A stretch of 64,000 nt of DNA from Takakia lepidozioides. Its lineage: Eukaryota; Plantae; Bryophyta. Positions within the stretch are counted from its first letter, which is position 1, and each line of letters begins with the position of its first letter. Position numbers and translations under genes: made by a program. The stretch spans positions 62,558,001-62,622,000 of the forward strand of contig CM060733.1 in the NCBI GenBank assembly GCA_030704615.1, written 5' to 3'. Below the pieces are notes generated by a model. That model searched no databases, was not told the origin of the DNA, and saw only the letters and a list, made by a program, of their open reading frames with translations. Positions 28,625-41,858 of this stretch are shown in pieces.

Positions 28625-29905
28625 CTAGATCCATCCCATGTACACATCACATCCTCATAGTTACATTACATAGAACAAGTGCAGTTCCAAACAAGTGACA
28701 TCAAAGCCAGCAAATGCTCAAAGAGCATTAGTCACATACTCCCATTACCAAGACAAGGCAGAGCTTAAGGGAACATTGAGACCTCTCAGGAGCACCAGGG
28801 GCTTCCGCCTTCAAAGGATTGATGATGGAGGTTCATCATCACAAAGCTACTACACATAAATATGAAAGCGAACAAAAGTGGTACTCACCAAATATGGAGC
28901 ATGGTCAGTCTTCAGGAGTTGGTTAAGAATATCTGACATCAAATGAGACAATAGAAAGATACCCTGCCACTTTGGGGAAGTCATCTGAGCTAAAGCATAG
29001 ATTGTGTGCTAGAAGCAGCCTTGGGCCAGTTGCAGCCTATGGTGGACCAAAAATGCTCTCACAGCACTGTTTTTTTGGGACCTTGATTAGTTGTAAATTA
29101 TCATACTCCTAAATGGCAATGCCGATAGTAAAAAGGCACTAAGCTATGAAGGCTCAACTACATATATTTCCCCTATTCCAAGTCTAATAACCAAAAAAAC
29201 AAATGGTTAGAAATTATGGACTTTGGAACAAGTCCATAAGGATTTGTTATAGTCCATATAAAAAACCGTCATAGACTTTTTTTAGAGCATGATTAATAAA
29301 AAATTAGAAAAAGGGACTTACCAAATGTGCTTTGAGGGATAGAATGAAAACATCCACTCAAAAATATTGAGTAATATAAACTTTATGTACTATTTTGAGC
29401 CTTCAAAATAACTATTTTCGTAAAGTCCTTCACATATAGAATTCTTTGAAATATCAACACTACCTCATTAAATACATAGACCAAGGGTAAACCCCCGGGG
29501 TGGATCAAGGTCAAATTTGAAAAAAACTATCGTGATCTGAAACTATCGCGATTTGAAAATAAAGTATTTAATGAACTTAGGGTCGACAAGGAGATGGGAG
29601 CTCCGCGTTTCGCGGTGAGAGCGAGGCCCAACGGTCGCTTCGTCTCTCTCGTATGGACTCTCTCAACTGATCGTCGGCTGGAGCAGGGTCTCCCCGGGAG
29701 CAAATGGAGTCCAAGCTTAAAACATATGGTTTGTATGATTTTCTAAATCCATTTAAGCCTTTTTCGCTGATCTTTTGTGACAACCTCGACATCCCATCGG
29801 TTCATCCTATACCTGCCCTGTCTCATTCATCATTTCGTGCGTGTTCCGCCGCCTCAGCCCCTTAACTTTGCTTCCCCCCTCTCAGCTGCCGGCTGATATT
29901 TATGA

Positions 29906-30233
29906 CGTTTTGAGCTGTCTCTTTCACTCCACTTGGAGCTAACTCTAAGCGCTATTCTCCCCCGGGCTTTTGCTACGCGGTAGTTACTGGTCTTGGGTTC
30001 ATACAGGCTCCAGATCCACTCGGCTTCCCTGTTAATTTCCGCAGTAAAAATATCAGAGAGTCTGCATTGCGTTTTGAGCTGTCTCTTTCACTCCACTTGG
30101 AGCTAATTCTAAGCGATACTCTCCCCCAGGCTCTCGCTACGAGGTAGTTAGTGGCCTTGTGTTCATCCTAGCTCCAGTTCCTCTCGGCTTCCCTGTTAAT
30201 TTCCGCAGTAGAACCATCAGAGAGTCTGTATTG
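29906..30233. repeat. ~165-bp tandem duplication upstream of the ORF1-like gene
   Basis: CGTTTTGAGCTGTCTCTTTCACTCCACTTGGAGCTAA starts at 29906 and again at 30071. Confidence 0.9.
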
Positions 30234-30416
30234 CCTGCTTAATTCTCCTTATAGAGTCAGACTGCTTCTCCAATTTCTAGTCTAGCTCTCGGTGCTCAGT
30301 CTGGCTACCTCAATTCCCTTCCTGTTTTCTCCTCTATAGATGTTTGCAGTTCATTCGTTACTTCCTCTCTTAGAGTCCTCGATCCTTCCCCGGCACCTCT
30401 CTTTGTGCTGCATGCC

Positions 30417-32430
30417 ATGGCGCCGAATACCATGTTCCATCGCTCCAAGTCCTCAGATTGGCCCCGTCGCCAGTCGGGTCACTCAAGCAGACACCCGCCT
30501 AATAGGTCCCAGCCCAGCTCAAGCCGGGGCTTCTACTAGGCCCACCAGGAAAGATCGGCCAGCTCAAGGCAAATTTATAGGCCTAAGCAAATCCCGCCAT
30601 CTTCGACGGATCTACCCCCGAAAGTCCACATCAGTGAGGCAAGGCCCCCGCACATCCAAGAGCAGTGCCTCTCCCCTCCAGTGCCAGAAGATGAGGAGTT
30701 TTTCATTGACCCCCTGGAGGAGCAGCGAGCAATGAGCAATGTCTTTCCCCTTATCAAGATGGATATGCAAGATCTGCACATCAGAATCCCAGGTAAGGAG
30801 AACTTTGGTGTTTTGCTGCACTTTCCAAGCAGAAAAGGTCAAGAGATCCTACGTGAGGGACTGGGCGATCCGCTACCTTGGGGGCCCGGGAGAGCTCAAC
30901 CATCACTTCTACATTGCCAAAGGACGTGGGTTCTTTTCAGTGATGTTTGAATCGGCGGCTGCGGCAACTAAGGCTCAGCAATTCAACCCGCATCAGAAGG
31001 GCTTTAACGTAAATATCTTCCCTTGGTCGTCTAAGCTGGGCAACAAAAACGGCAAGTTGTGGGGACCTAGAGTTGTTTCTATACCATTTATCCCAAATCA
31101 GTACCTGGCAAATCTACCAGACATTGCCAACCATTTTGGAGAGTACTTGGGCTGTCTGGGGGTATTTGATCCCCTCATGAACACAGACGTCCTTAGGAAA
31201 ATGCCATCATGGAAATCGGCCACCATCGCAACAAAAATGAATGAAGATGGTTGTCCTAAAATGGTGTTGATGATGCCTTATGAAGCAGTGCTGCCTGACG
31301 ATGTGAGACTGCCAATCGACACTGAAGGGAACTACTTCACAATTTGGCTGATTGAAGATGCATCTTACTCAGCATGCTTTGGCTGTGGGAAACATGGACA
31401 CATCAAGGTAAATTGCCCTTTCAGTAAGAGGAAAAGGTCTCCAATTGTAGGGCCTGCGGCTAACCCACACGCCTCTTGCCATGATGACACGACAACAACG
31501 AGATACGCTAGGGAAAGGCCCTGGGTATGTGGAGTCAGCCACGTCCGCATCTGAACAAGAGGATCTGAACTTCACTGTAATGAAGTCAGACGCACGGAAG
31601 GTGGCGGAAACGGTACTTCGGGAGAAGGAGGACATCCATCCCAAGGAGAAGGAGATAGCGTTCACAGAGACCGAACCTCCAATAGTACGCCCGACCATTG
31701 CCTGGCCACCAACATCAAGAGTAAAAAACCCGGCGAATCGGCCAGCGACACCAGAAAAGCTTCCCATGATGAGGATGCACTCTACCATGTGCTTCACCGA
31801 TGAGTTGGAGCTATACAATTTAATGGAGGATTTACGCCACATTCAAGAAAACATTACGTTTTCCCAGCTCATAGCTATGGCGCCTACGGTCCGCCACGCT
31901 CTCAAGGCATCTTTGGTCAGGAAACGGGTGGGTACTTCCGTTCAAGCCCACCACGTCAATGCTCATGTCGACCCTGAACCAGTGGAGATAGAGGTAGAAA
32001 TTGCAGATTGTTTTATCCAACAATGCTTGGTGGATGATGGGAGCTCAGTCAACATCATGCCATTCTCCACCCTATCCAAACTAGGGTTGAACATGACAGG
32101 GGAATCCCCTCTGACTATCAGACTAGCTGAGCAATGAAAGATTAGGCCAGTGGGTCACATAGCGAACGTCAAGATGAAGACAGGAGGCTACACGTACGCG
32201 GTAGACTTCCAAATCATAGACTTCCCATCGATGAATATTTGTATGCACTCCTGTTAGGGAGGCCATGGTTGGTGCAGTCCAGAGCCCGAACGGACTGGGG
32301 GGCAGGCACCATCACTTATGGGGTAAGACCTTATACTACTACCGTTGCATTTCTTTCTGGAGCCCCTCATGAAGGGATAGATGAGGATGAGCTCAGCATG
32401 TTGGTTCCGAGGAGGAATCCGCAGATTTGA
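30417..32430 (+). mobile_element. Degenerate retroelement ORF: L1-ORF1-like (DUF4283/RRM-type + CCHC knuckle) followed by a Ty3-type aspartic protease
   Basis: ORF 30739-31554: KGRGFFSVMFES..VNIFPWS..LPDIANHFGEYLG..CFGCGKHGHIKVNCP. Overlapping ORF 31481-32137: YNLMEDLR..ITFSQLIAMAP..CLVDDGSSVNIM..IRLAEQ, continuing *KIRPVG..YALLLGRPWL. Confidence 0.75.
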
Positions 32431-35400
32431 GAAGGAGAAATCCTCCCCACCTCACACGCCCACCGAGTGTTGGCAACATCTACCGCGCTTCACATGGAGG
32501 TTAAGCGAAGGAAGGTAGGACTAGAGGACGCGGTCAAATCTCTAGGTCCAGGATTGTATGAATGTGAGTCGGATGCAGACTGCATCGCCTGGTTGTTCGG
32601 AGAAAACCAAGGCTGGGAAGTGATGGTACACTCGATATCAACCGAGGCACTTCCAGAGTTCGAGTTGTTGACCGAGCTCTTTTACATATCGGCCGAACAG
32701 GGCGGTCTACAGGAACAAGAGAGTCCTCAGGAGGGTTTGCAGCAAGGTTCGAATGAATTTTGATTTGAGCTTGGATCAACCTTTATGTCGGAACCAGCAA
32801 CGCAATTGGTCGACATGTTGATGGAATGAGAGCTTTCTAGGATGACAAGTGAGGGAGCCCAATGGAGCTATGAACAAGTGCCAATGGCCCAGCTGCCATT
32901 ACCCCAAGAGTTTCGAGACATGGGGTAGATGCTCATTACAATTGGAGACACTACGGGGAGTGGAGTTCCCCAACTTGGTGAACGGCATCTGCTGCAAGCA
33001 CTACTACATGTGAGTTTCCATTAACCAATGAATTATTCCCCCATTAAGGGAGAGATCTTTAGGATTTCGTCCCGGTTTGTCGGAAGGAAATGTTGGTATT
33101 TCCTATCCACTAACTCATTGGAATTGGAGCTCCATAACGAGGTGGAGTGCGGGGCAACTAAGTTGCAATAATCCAATTAAACTTCTCCATTGGGAAGAAA
33201 TCAATAGGGCTCTTACCCAATGAGGTCATTGAACACCCTTTCTTGGAGTTCCAGGAGTAGACCTTGGGATGCGGGACAACGTAGTTGCATTAAAGAGGTG
33301 ATTTGTTCTCCAGTGTGATTTCTGGGTAGTTATTGGAATCCACAAGGGCAGACCTTGGGATGTGGGGCATATAGAGTGCAGTAATCTAACCCAAGTTGTA
33401 GAATTAGAATCTTTTTATATGGCATAAGCTATGAAAGCTATGACCATCCAATTGCCAAGGTAGAAGATTTCATACATCTTTGTTACTAATCACGTGTTAT
33501 GAGTTTCTTTTCTTCTTCACCAAGTGAAGTGCCACAGGTGCAGGAATGGGAACAATGGGATGGCTAATATATGCACTCTTGTTCAATGCATACTGTCAAT
33601 CATTACTTGTCTTTTTATCACAGAATATATCTGTGTCTGCTAAAAGCATATCTCGAGGAAAATTGAATGTTTGCTGCATCAAGCATTCTGCAGTTTACCG
33701 ATGCTCCCTGCATGGAGCATTGCGACTTTCCGCACGGGGATTCTAACCCTTTTTGAGATGGCAACCGAATGGTGCATCTCCGCCAGGCGTGGACCGGTAG
33801 AGTGGTGCGACCTGTGTTTATGTCTTCCTCTACCCCGCTGCAGTATTCTCCCAGAGAGAGAAAAGTTAGTCAAGCAATGAGGGGGTAAAAGGAGAGATTG
33901 TAGAGCAGTGATTGCTGCTCCCCTCACATGAGTGAAGGATGTCAGGCGCAAGAAGACCCAGAAGGGCCTATGACCTCTTTTCATTAGGTGGATAGAAATG
34001 ATGCATGTTTCCAGAGTATGGTCCTCTGAGGTTCAGAAAGTATCCAATTTTTTTTCAGTCAAGAATTTCACCATGAGCTCTGCGAAATCCATGAGAGGTC
34101 CTTGCGAGCAATGAAGAGTAGTCAAATTGTAGGTCATATTTTGGTGCGTCTTAGCTAAATATTTTGTGCTTAAACATCATGGGTAGGGTCCTCGGGTATC
34201 CAATCTTTTCTGTTGTTGCGGGAGTCAGAAGCTAGAACTCCCAAAAGCGTCTTATTTAGGAGCATTTGACTCTTCCGGATTCGAGTCGAGGTTTGAGAAT
34301 TTCCCAGTGAGCTTGGAAGAAACCATGCGAGGAGGGGCAAGCCACAACCGAGTAGCATAGAACCAAAGTCCTTCCAAGGCTATTTTAGAATATCATCAAC
34401 TTGCACCGCGCATATCTTCGTTCATCATCTAGGGGATTCGAACCCAGTCTGGTGGGGGAGAATGGCGGTTTTGAAGTAATTTTTATCTGGGAACTCCAAC
34501 TCTCTCCGAAGAGGGCGAGTGGGTGGCTTTGAAACATTTGTTGTCTTTTGCTTTTATTTTCCCTCCTCATTCCCGGAAGACTTGAACTCTCTCCGAGGAG
34601 GAAGAGCCAAGGGAACTTATTATTCATCTGTTTCATGTCATTTCATGAGAGTCGTTGACTCCAAGAGATATCAGGGATATCCTAGTAGGGCGATTGTACG
34701 AACCAGAGATTCTGGATTCTTACACTCGGGTCGAGTGTTCCCCATTGGTCGTCATATATGTAGATGCATATAATGGTACAATTTTATTTTCAGATCGTTT
34801 TCTATCTCAGGCAGTTTAGGCATTGTACTGCCAAAACATGGCAGTTTGTTAGTTATTTGGGAATCGTTGGTAAAGCATTTAGGAACTTAGTCAGTGTCTG
34901 CGACGACCATAGAGAAGAGCTCTGGCGTCAAGATGACCGTAGGAAGCTGCATCAACAGCAGATTAGGCTGCCAATTCGGTACTAGTAACGGCAAGGTGAA
35001 CATGTTCGAACAATACGAGGGGACTGTTTGAATACAAGATCGCGATCTCTCTGTTCTCCTGTCTTTCAAGTCCAATAGAGACACACGCGAGGAGGCTTGG
35101 CAATTGGAAGAAACAACCTGTACAACAATGAAATATCGCAACAAAGCAAAGTGCTGCATCGGAGCAAACGGCGGGTTAAGGAGCTTCCCGGCGAAGTTTG
35201 GAACTCCCAACGATGCAAGGCAAGTAGGAGAAGACTCCAGAAATCTGTGACCCAGTGGCAGGGCCAAAGACTCCTTGGGGCATCATCAGTACTTTATTTG
35301 CCAGGAAGCGGCAGACTTCCCGTATGGCGAAACCACGAAAACCGGCAAATGGATTAAGTTTTCATCCCCGATCACCCTGAGAATTTGCGAGCAGCTACAG

Positions 35401-35904
35401 GGTGTCTATTTATAATTTGTCACCAAGTGTGGTGATTTATGGAAAGGATTAGAGATGGCATCAAATTATCGAGCCATAGGCACTCACGAAGGCCGATTAA
35501 TTGAATCTCTATCTCATCCAATGGATGAAAAAAGAAAAAATCGCCCTGGAGGCTGGATGGATGAAAACCTAGCGCCAACTAGCCATCCAATGGATGGATG
35601 AAAAAAGAACATTTATCATTTATTCCAAGGTTTTCCATCCAAACTATTAGTTTATTTCATTCTATTGTTTTTAAGAGATAAATCCCTCTAGGAAATACTA
35701 GTCTAAGACTATTCTTCACTAGTTTAAGAGGCCCAAAAATAGTATAAAAGAAGAGTAAGCTCCCCTTGTTTCTTCATCTAGGCTCATTTCTTGTTTTGCC
35801 TCTTGCTTATGTAGTTTAGTTTGCTAGTTTTGAGCTTGAGGGAGCTCGATCCAAGAGGGTGGAGCTTGGAGCCCTCTAGTAGTAGAAAGCATTGTTGAGA
35901 GCAT

Positions 35905-36635
35905 GATAGTCTTAGCTCAAGGCCTTGAGGCCATGTGAAGCAAGGAGTAGAGGGAACACTCCATGAGGGAGGAGACTTGAGGACGAGTAGGAAGCCGGAT
36001 GAGGACCAAGCTGGAGTACCATTCTATCGAGCATTTAGAGCATCCCGAGCTCCATCGTCTGTTTGAGAGGGTGATTCACCATGCTACCTTGACCTTTGAA
36101 TTGAATTATATCATGTTTTGTTCAAGCTATCCCAAGTGGGAGCTTTGTGGCATTTGTTTCTAGATATTGAGAAAAACTAACCCTCTTGTAAAGAGGATGT
36201 ATTTTAGTCTGTGTTTACATATGTGTTGAAGCACAGGGGAAGAGCCCAAAGAGACAGGGCCTTGAGAGGAGTCTAACCCAATTGTTGTCATGGAAGTAAG
36301 GGTAGATTTCCATTTCTAGTTAGAGGTGACGACAATCTTGCTTGGGACGGCGAAGCTATCGCCAAAATTTCCATTTCTATTTAGAGGTCACGGCAATCTT
36401 GCTTGATACGGCGAAGCTATCACCAAAATTTCTAGTTCATTGTGTTCATTGGCAAGTGGATAAGCCCCCAGGTCATGGAAGACCATGGGAGGCCATGCTA
36501 ATCATCTATATAAAGAGTTAAGCCCCTATATAGGGGGCTGCCCAAAGGGGCAGTACCAATGACTAAAGTCAAAGCACTCTAGGTGCCCATAGCCAAGAGG
36601 TCAACCCATTGGGTTACCTAGGATCGCCACTTCAA
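35905..36635 (+). repeat. ~700-bp dispersed repeat, copy 1 (LTR-like or non-autonomous element)
   Basis: Near-identical to 59816-60484 apart from a ~62-bp internal tandem duplication at ~36308-36432. Confidence 0.85.
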
Positions 36636-38284
36636 GACGCACGGGGGAGGCGTGGCCCCCGCTGGTGGGGTAAGTTGACCCCTGGAGCCCAAAGTACGGG
36701 GCTGGTACACTGCGTGGCAGCAGCAGGCGCCATGGCCGGCCCCGCGCAGGTACGACATGCGCGGCAGGGACGTGAGGCCTACGGACCCGCCCTGGCGGCG
36801 GGCCAGTAGCGCCGCGCCACATGGCATGGGCCGCGGGGCAGAGGCTTTAACCGGCGAATAATTCGACGGACCACGCCAAGGCCAGCAGTCCCTGGCCCAA
36901 GTCATTTTAAGGGGGTGTTCCTTCTAACCCCTGTGATTTATGCACTATTCATGCTACGATTTGGGCATGTGAGAAGTAGGAGTGATTTAGCTTAAAATAA
37001 AGGGATTTTTGGACCATTGGCTAGGCCTTGTTGAGATCAGTGAATAGATTTGTTCCCCAGGACTTGAGAGAAAGCTGCTCGGGAGTTGAGGCCAACAACA
37101 GAGAGGGATAGCCCAGAGACAGGGAGGAGAAGATCCTTGGTGAGGGTTTCAAAAGGTAGAAGATGACACATTTTAGATTCGTTCTAGTCTGGCCCCCCTC
37201 ATAGTTTAATCAGATTATATAGAAAAGGGGAGGGAAAAGGTCCCGGGAATGGACCATAGGACCCATTGGATTTTTAGCCATTGTTTATGCACCAGAGTTG
37301 CAAATGGATGAAGAATTGTTAAGTGGGGGTTTTCATTCATCATGGTCCGTTGACCATCTTAAGTTGCTAATGGATTATTGAGTGGGTTGTGCATAGGAAT
37401 TGGGGCGCTCCCAAGGTGGAGAGCGGTTCCCCGATGCTCCCAAAGGAAAGGGGCATTCCTAGGGTGTTCCCTGGTACCCTGGAGGTAATTCAGGTATTTC
37501 TAGGATCCCTTTGGGATTCCTTAGCCATAGGAATTTTCTACATTTTTGGGAATTCTTAATTATTTAATATTGTTTTCTGCAATTGTTTATTAGGCAAACC
37601 AGCCCTTGAAGTGGGAATTTATCCAGACCCCCTTAAACTAAAAATTGGGTTTGAAGGGAGATTCTGGCCCCGTCCGCCGAGGATATTTGGAGGCAAATAT
37701 GCGGTTGTTGGAGGGGCCTTGGCCAAGAGCTTTTGCCGTTGCTTCCACCGGATCTAGGAAATCATTTCGTCCGGCTTTGTCATATTAATATTATTCCCCC
37801 GAGAGGTTAGAATTTGACCCTAGATGTCGAAGACAGTTGGATCGCCCCAAGTGGAAACCCCACCTTGAGAGGTCAGATCCGGGCCCTTCCTCAAGGGTAG
37901 GTTGAACTCAACGACCTCAGGATCGGAGGGGCATTGGGCGGGAGACAGACGGTCCCCGTTTCCCTGAGTTCGGGATTCGCTTTGTGAAGGGATTTGAAGG
38001 TTCGTCCCGGCTATAAGCGGGTTAGGAGCTCAGGCATGTAGGGCATATTTCAATAAGTAAGACTTGGAGGGCATTAAATATTAAAAATGATAAACAAACC
38101 GTAGGACTAGGAAAACGCAAATCGCCCTGTGAAATAGAGTAGTGAGCTCTGCTTTGCCGGTAGGAATTAGAAAGTGTCGACCACCGCCCCTATCATTCCG
38201 CGGCCCCCTTGCACTAATCGCAGCCGGGTAGGCGGTTCATCGAGCCCAACCTACACCGCAACTTACCACGACCCATCCCCTAGA

Positions 38285-38320
38285 CTAGTATGCCGTCACC
38301 CTGGCCGTGCGCGCCCAGGG
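38285..38320 (-). mobile_element. Helitron-like 3' terminus; the element body would extend rightwards
   Basis: Minus strand reads hairpin CCCTGGGCGCGCACGGCCAGGG, a 10-nt spacer TGACGGCATA, then CTAG followed by T. Confidence 0.6.
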
Positions 38321-38759
38321 CTCGTCAGTGTCCGCACATCTACCAATACTGTGCTCAATTTAGGGTTTGTCAAATTTGGCAATATGCCAGACCCCATTCA
38401 TGCCAAGTTTAAAGTGAACGAAGTCGTTGATGCTCTTACTAGAAACAGTGAAGCCCAACGCAAACGTGCAAAATTGCAAAAATACATTAAAATGTTTATG
38501 TGATCAGAATACGAACAATCGGGAACATGACAATTGTGTTTCCCGATCACTTTCATACCTAGTTATCATTCCTGACGTGATGTGGCGCTGACACATCGGA
38601 CGTCACGTCGGCCGTCATGTCACGTCGAAACCGGACGTTTACCCATGTAATTTTTTTTACATTTGACTTTTACGATTAACTTCTACCCTCTCTAATGACA
38701 TGGTAGCCACGGTTTAAAACACACGTGGATACTTATTAATATTTAGTAATTCATTTTAT

Positions 38760-39600
38760 AAAATGCGACCGCCCATATTGGCGGTCGTTTGTAATTTATT
38801 ATTTTTTAAATGAAGCGACCGCCATTGGCTGTCGCTTCTATTTTTTTTTTTTTAAATGAAGCGTCACTAGTGGTCTCCTCATGTAATTTGTTTAATTTTC
38901 TTAAATGCAGCGACGGCTAATGGCGGTCGTTGTTATTCCCTAATTGATTTTTAAGAAATTAAGCGACCGCCACAAGGGCGGTCGCTCTTTTTGTTTTTAA
39001 AAAAATTGAGCGACCGCCGTGTGGCGGTCGCTCTTTATCCCTAATATGGGTTTTTTTAAAGAAATTAAGCGACCACCAGGCGGCGGTTGTTTTTTTTGTT
39101 TATTAAACAGTTTAGCGACCTACTTTCGTTGTTTTTTCCAAATTGTTTTTAAGAAATTAAGTGACCGCCAGGCGGGCGGTCGCTCTTTTTTGTTTTTTAA
39201 CAATTTAGTGACCGCCATGTAGCGGTCACTCTTTTTTCGTAATTTGGGTTTTCTAAAGAAATGAAGGGACCGCCACAAGGCGGTCGCTCGTTTTTTTTTA
39301 AAAAAAATTAGGCGACCGCCGTGTGGCAGTCGTTTTTTTTCCCTAATTTGGGTTTTTTAAGAAATAAAGCGACCGCCACAAGGCGGTCGCTCGTTTTTTT
39401 TTAAAAAAAATTAGGCGACCGCCGTGTGGCGGTCGTTTTTTTTTCCCTAATTTGGGTTTTTTAAGAAATAAAGCGACCGCCACAATGGCGGGGTTGCTGA
39501 TTTTTGTATATTTAAATATTACGCGACCGCCTAATGGCAGTCGTTTTTTTTAAAAAAAAATTAAATAAAGCGACCGCAGTTTGGCGGTTGTTTTTTTTAT
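38760..39600. repeat. Array of ~16 short palindromic modules GCGACCGCC-N(2-5)-GGCGGTCG separated by A/T tracts
   Basis: Modules recur about every 50 bp, with a ~102-bp higher-order repeat at 39267/39369/39472. Confidence 0.9.
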
Positions 39601-40057
39601 ATATCTAAAAAAATGCAGCGGCCACTGGCCAACTGGCTCCCCCTGACGGTTCTCGTGGAGCGGTTCATTGGCATCATGTAGTCCTTTCGGACTTCGTTGC
39701 TTGGCACTGCCAACAGGAGGTGCAAAGGTGATTATTTGGAGGGGGGGTAGAGGTTTTGTCAGGTTTTTATTGGTTGGTCCGACACCCTTGTTCTAAGTTT
39801 CATCATCCTAGCTCCATTTTGCCGTTTTCGGATCTTCTGTGATCTGTTTTTGCAGAAACTAGAAATATACCATCCACACGCGTCCATTACCGTTTCTGAG
39901 GTTCGCTCTCCTGTAGTGGACAAAGGTTTATACAATGTTGGGGGTTGTGAATTCAAGTTCTGGGGCGGGGTCGTCGTCTGGGGGTCGGAGTAAGAGAAAA
40001 AGTGCCCACGAGCGGGATAGCTAGGTCAACAAGCAAGACTACCCGAGACCAGATGCA

Positions 40058-41299
40058 TTGGATAGGGTGAAACAAGTGATAGTTAATTATTTCAGGGGTA
40101 TGGACATGATGAGGCTGGAGAGTGCTTATGTCAGACATGGATGGGAGGGGTTTCAGATTTTTCAGCAGAATATGGAGAGGAAAATGACGGACGCTTTGGC
40201 TGGGGATAAGTGGACGGCGGACAGGGACAAGCCGAATTTCAATCGGTGGATCCAAAGCAGGGCGAAAGACGTCACGTGGAATTTGAGGCAGCTAATGAAG
40301 ACATGGAATGGTAGAACAACCGAGGTTCGGGTGTTGGGCGCACGCGGCAAGTCAGAATTTACATCGTCAGACTAGGTTAGTCCCTTGGAAGGCGGGGAAG
40401 GCACGACTTCTCTTTATTACGTGAACTCAAAGAAGGAGGGTATGCTAAGGTCCGTCAGTGTAGGATTGTTGGCGATTCTAGAATACGGAGCGTTGGGAGC
40501 TAGCGGGAAAAAAGCCCAAGTCCAAAAATCTAGAAAATGCACTAAGACAACATAACGACGAGTGTTTGGCAGTGAAGTTCCAGCATCCGGGTGTTATCTC
40601 ATATTTTGCTGTGAATGTACGTGAGGTAGAGGGTTACACTCGTTGGTGGAATGGGGGGACAATACGCGACATGATGAACCTTTGACAGAAAATGGGGCAA
40701 CGATTGGGACAACAAGGAGATTGTGGAAAAAAAAGAAACGGAAGAAGAGTTCCAGGAAATCGATCGTTTGCTTCGTTTCCGGAAAGTGCGCAGTAAACTT
40801 GCATGGGCACTGGTGTGCATTATGGATGTTGTCCATAAGAACGGTGTCATGCACAATGACTTGCTCCCGACAACATCTTGGTGCATTTCCCAGATGGCAC
40901 CGAGGAGATCAAGATTGGGATGTGTGATTGGGGCTTAGCCACCCCATTGGAGATATGGAAAGCCTTACCGTACCAGTTTGAAAACCAAAAACAAGCTGGA
41001 CCAGGAACTCGCAAAAAGATGGTGGGTGGAAAAAGATATTGCATTGGGTTTTCATGCAAATGCCCACCCCCTACCCGCCCCTCCCGGAAATGACGTTGGA
41101 GGCCTTTGCCGTTAGGAAGATAGCGGTACTAATAAATGACAGCTCTCATTATGATTCCAGTATGTTCGAGGACCAATCTATGGGATGTTGTTGGGATTCA
41201 ATGCTACAAAGGTTGTATGACGACAACAAGAGGGAGAGAGTCACATTAGCCCACGTAGTACGTCGGTTCATGGACAAGCCCGTATATAGGACGGAGTAG
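40058..41299 (+). pseudogene. Decayed intronless protein-kinase-like gene
   Basis: In order across shifted frames: GYAKVRQCRI (Gly loop), ELAGKKPK, DECLAVKFQHPG, WWNGG, HKNGVMHNDL / PDNILVHF, KIGMCDWGLA. Confidence 0.7.
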
Positions 41300-41457
41300 A
41301 CCATAGTCTCGTAGATATTAGATTTGCGGCGGTACAATGGTTCATTTGTGAAGACATAACTCAATTTTGATCGTGCATGTAATAAATAAAGTCTCATTGT
41401 AAATACTACATTACATATGCTCGACCCTGACACATGTCATCGCCATATAAATGGTTT

Positions 41458-41858
41458 GTGTATTGTCTCACTGTTTATATTTGTAATGTTCCAACGTTTC
41501 TGATAGGATTATGAGAAAACAATGTATTAGTTCTGTAGGAGTTAAACAACAAACGTCCCACATCTCATTCGGATGTGCGACACTACCATGAGAGGCATGG
41601 ATCGGAAAGTAACAGGTGCACATGCGACCTCCGAAGTCCGAACGTTCGATACTAGGTCTAGCGAATGGTCTACTTGAACGTCCGGAGGTCGCAGGTACAC
41701 CTATTACTTTCAGATCCATGTCTCTCATGGTAGTGTCGACATTTGAATAAGATATGGAACGTTTGTTGTCTAACTCCTACGGAACCAATATATCGTTTTC
41801 TCAGTACCATGTCAGAAACATTGAAACATTGGAACATACAAACAGTGACACAGTACAC
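41458..41858. repeat. ~400-bp imperfect foldback (MITE-like)
   Basis: Arms GTGTATTGTCTCACTGTTT... / ...AAACAGTGACACAGTACAC pair inward, e.g. CGACACTACCATGAGA / TCTCATGGTAGTGTCG, to a centre near 41660. Confidence 0.85.

Noticed and set aside
38760-39600. CRISPR-like repeat-spacer array
   Set aside because: Eukaryotic context, spacers are homologous A/T runs, repeats vary, and there are no cas genes.
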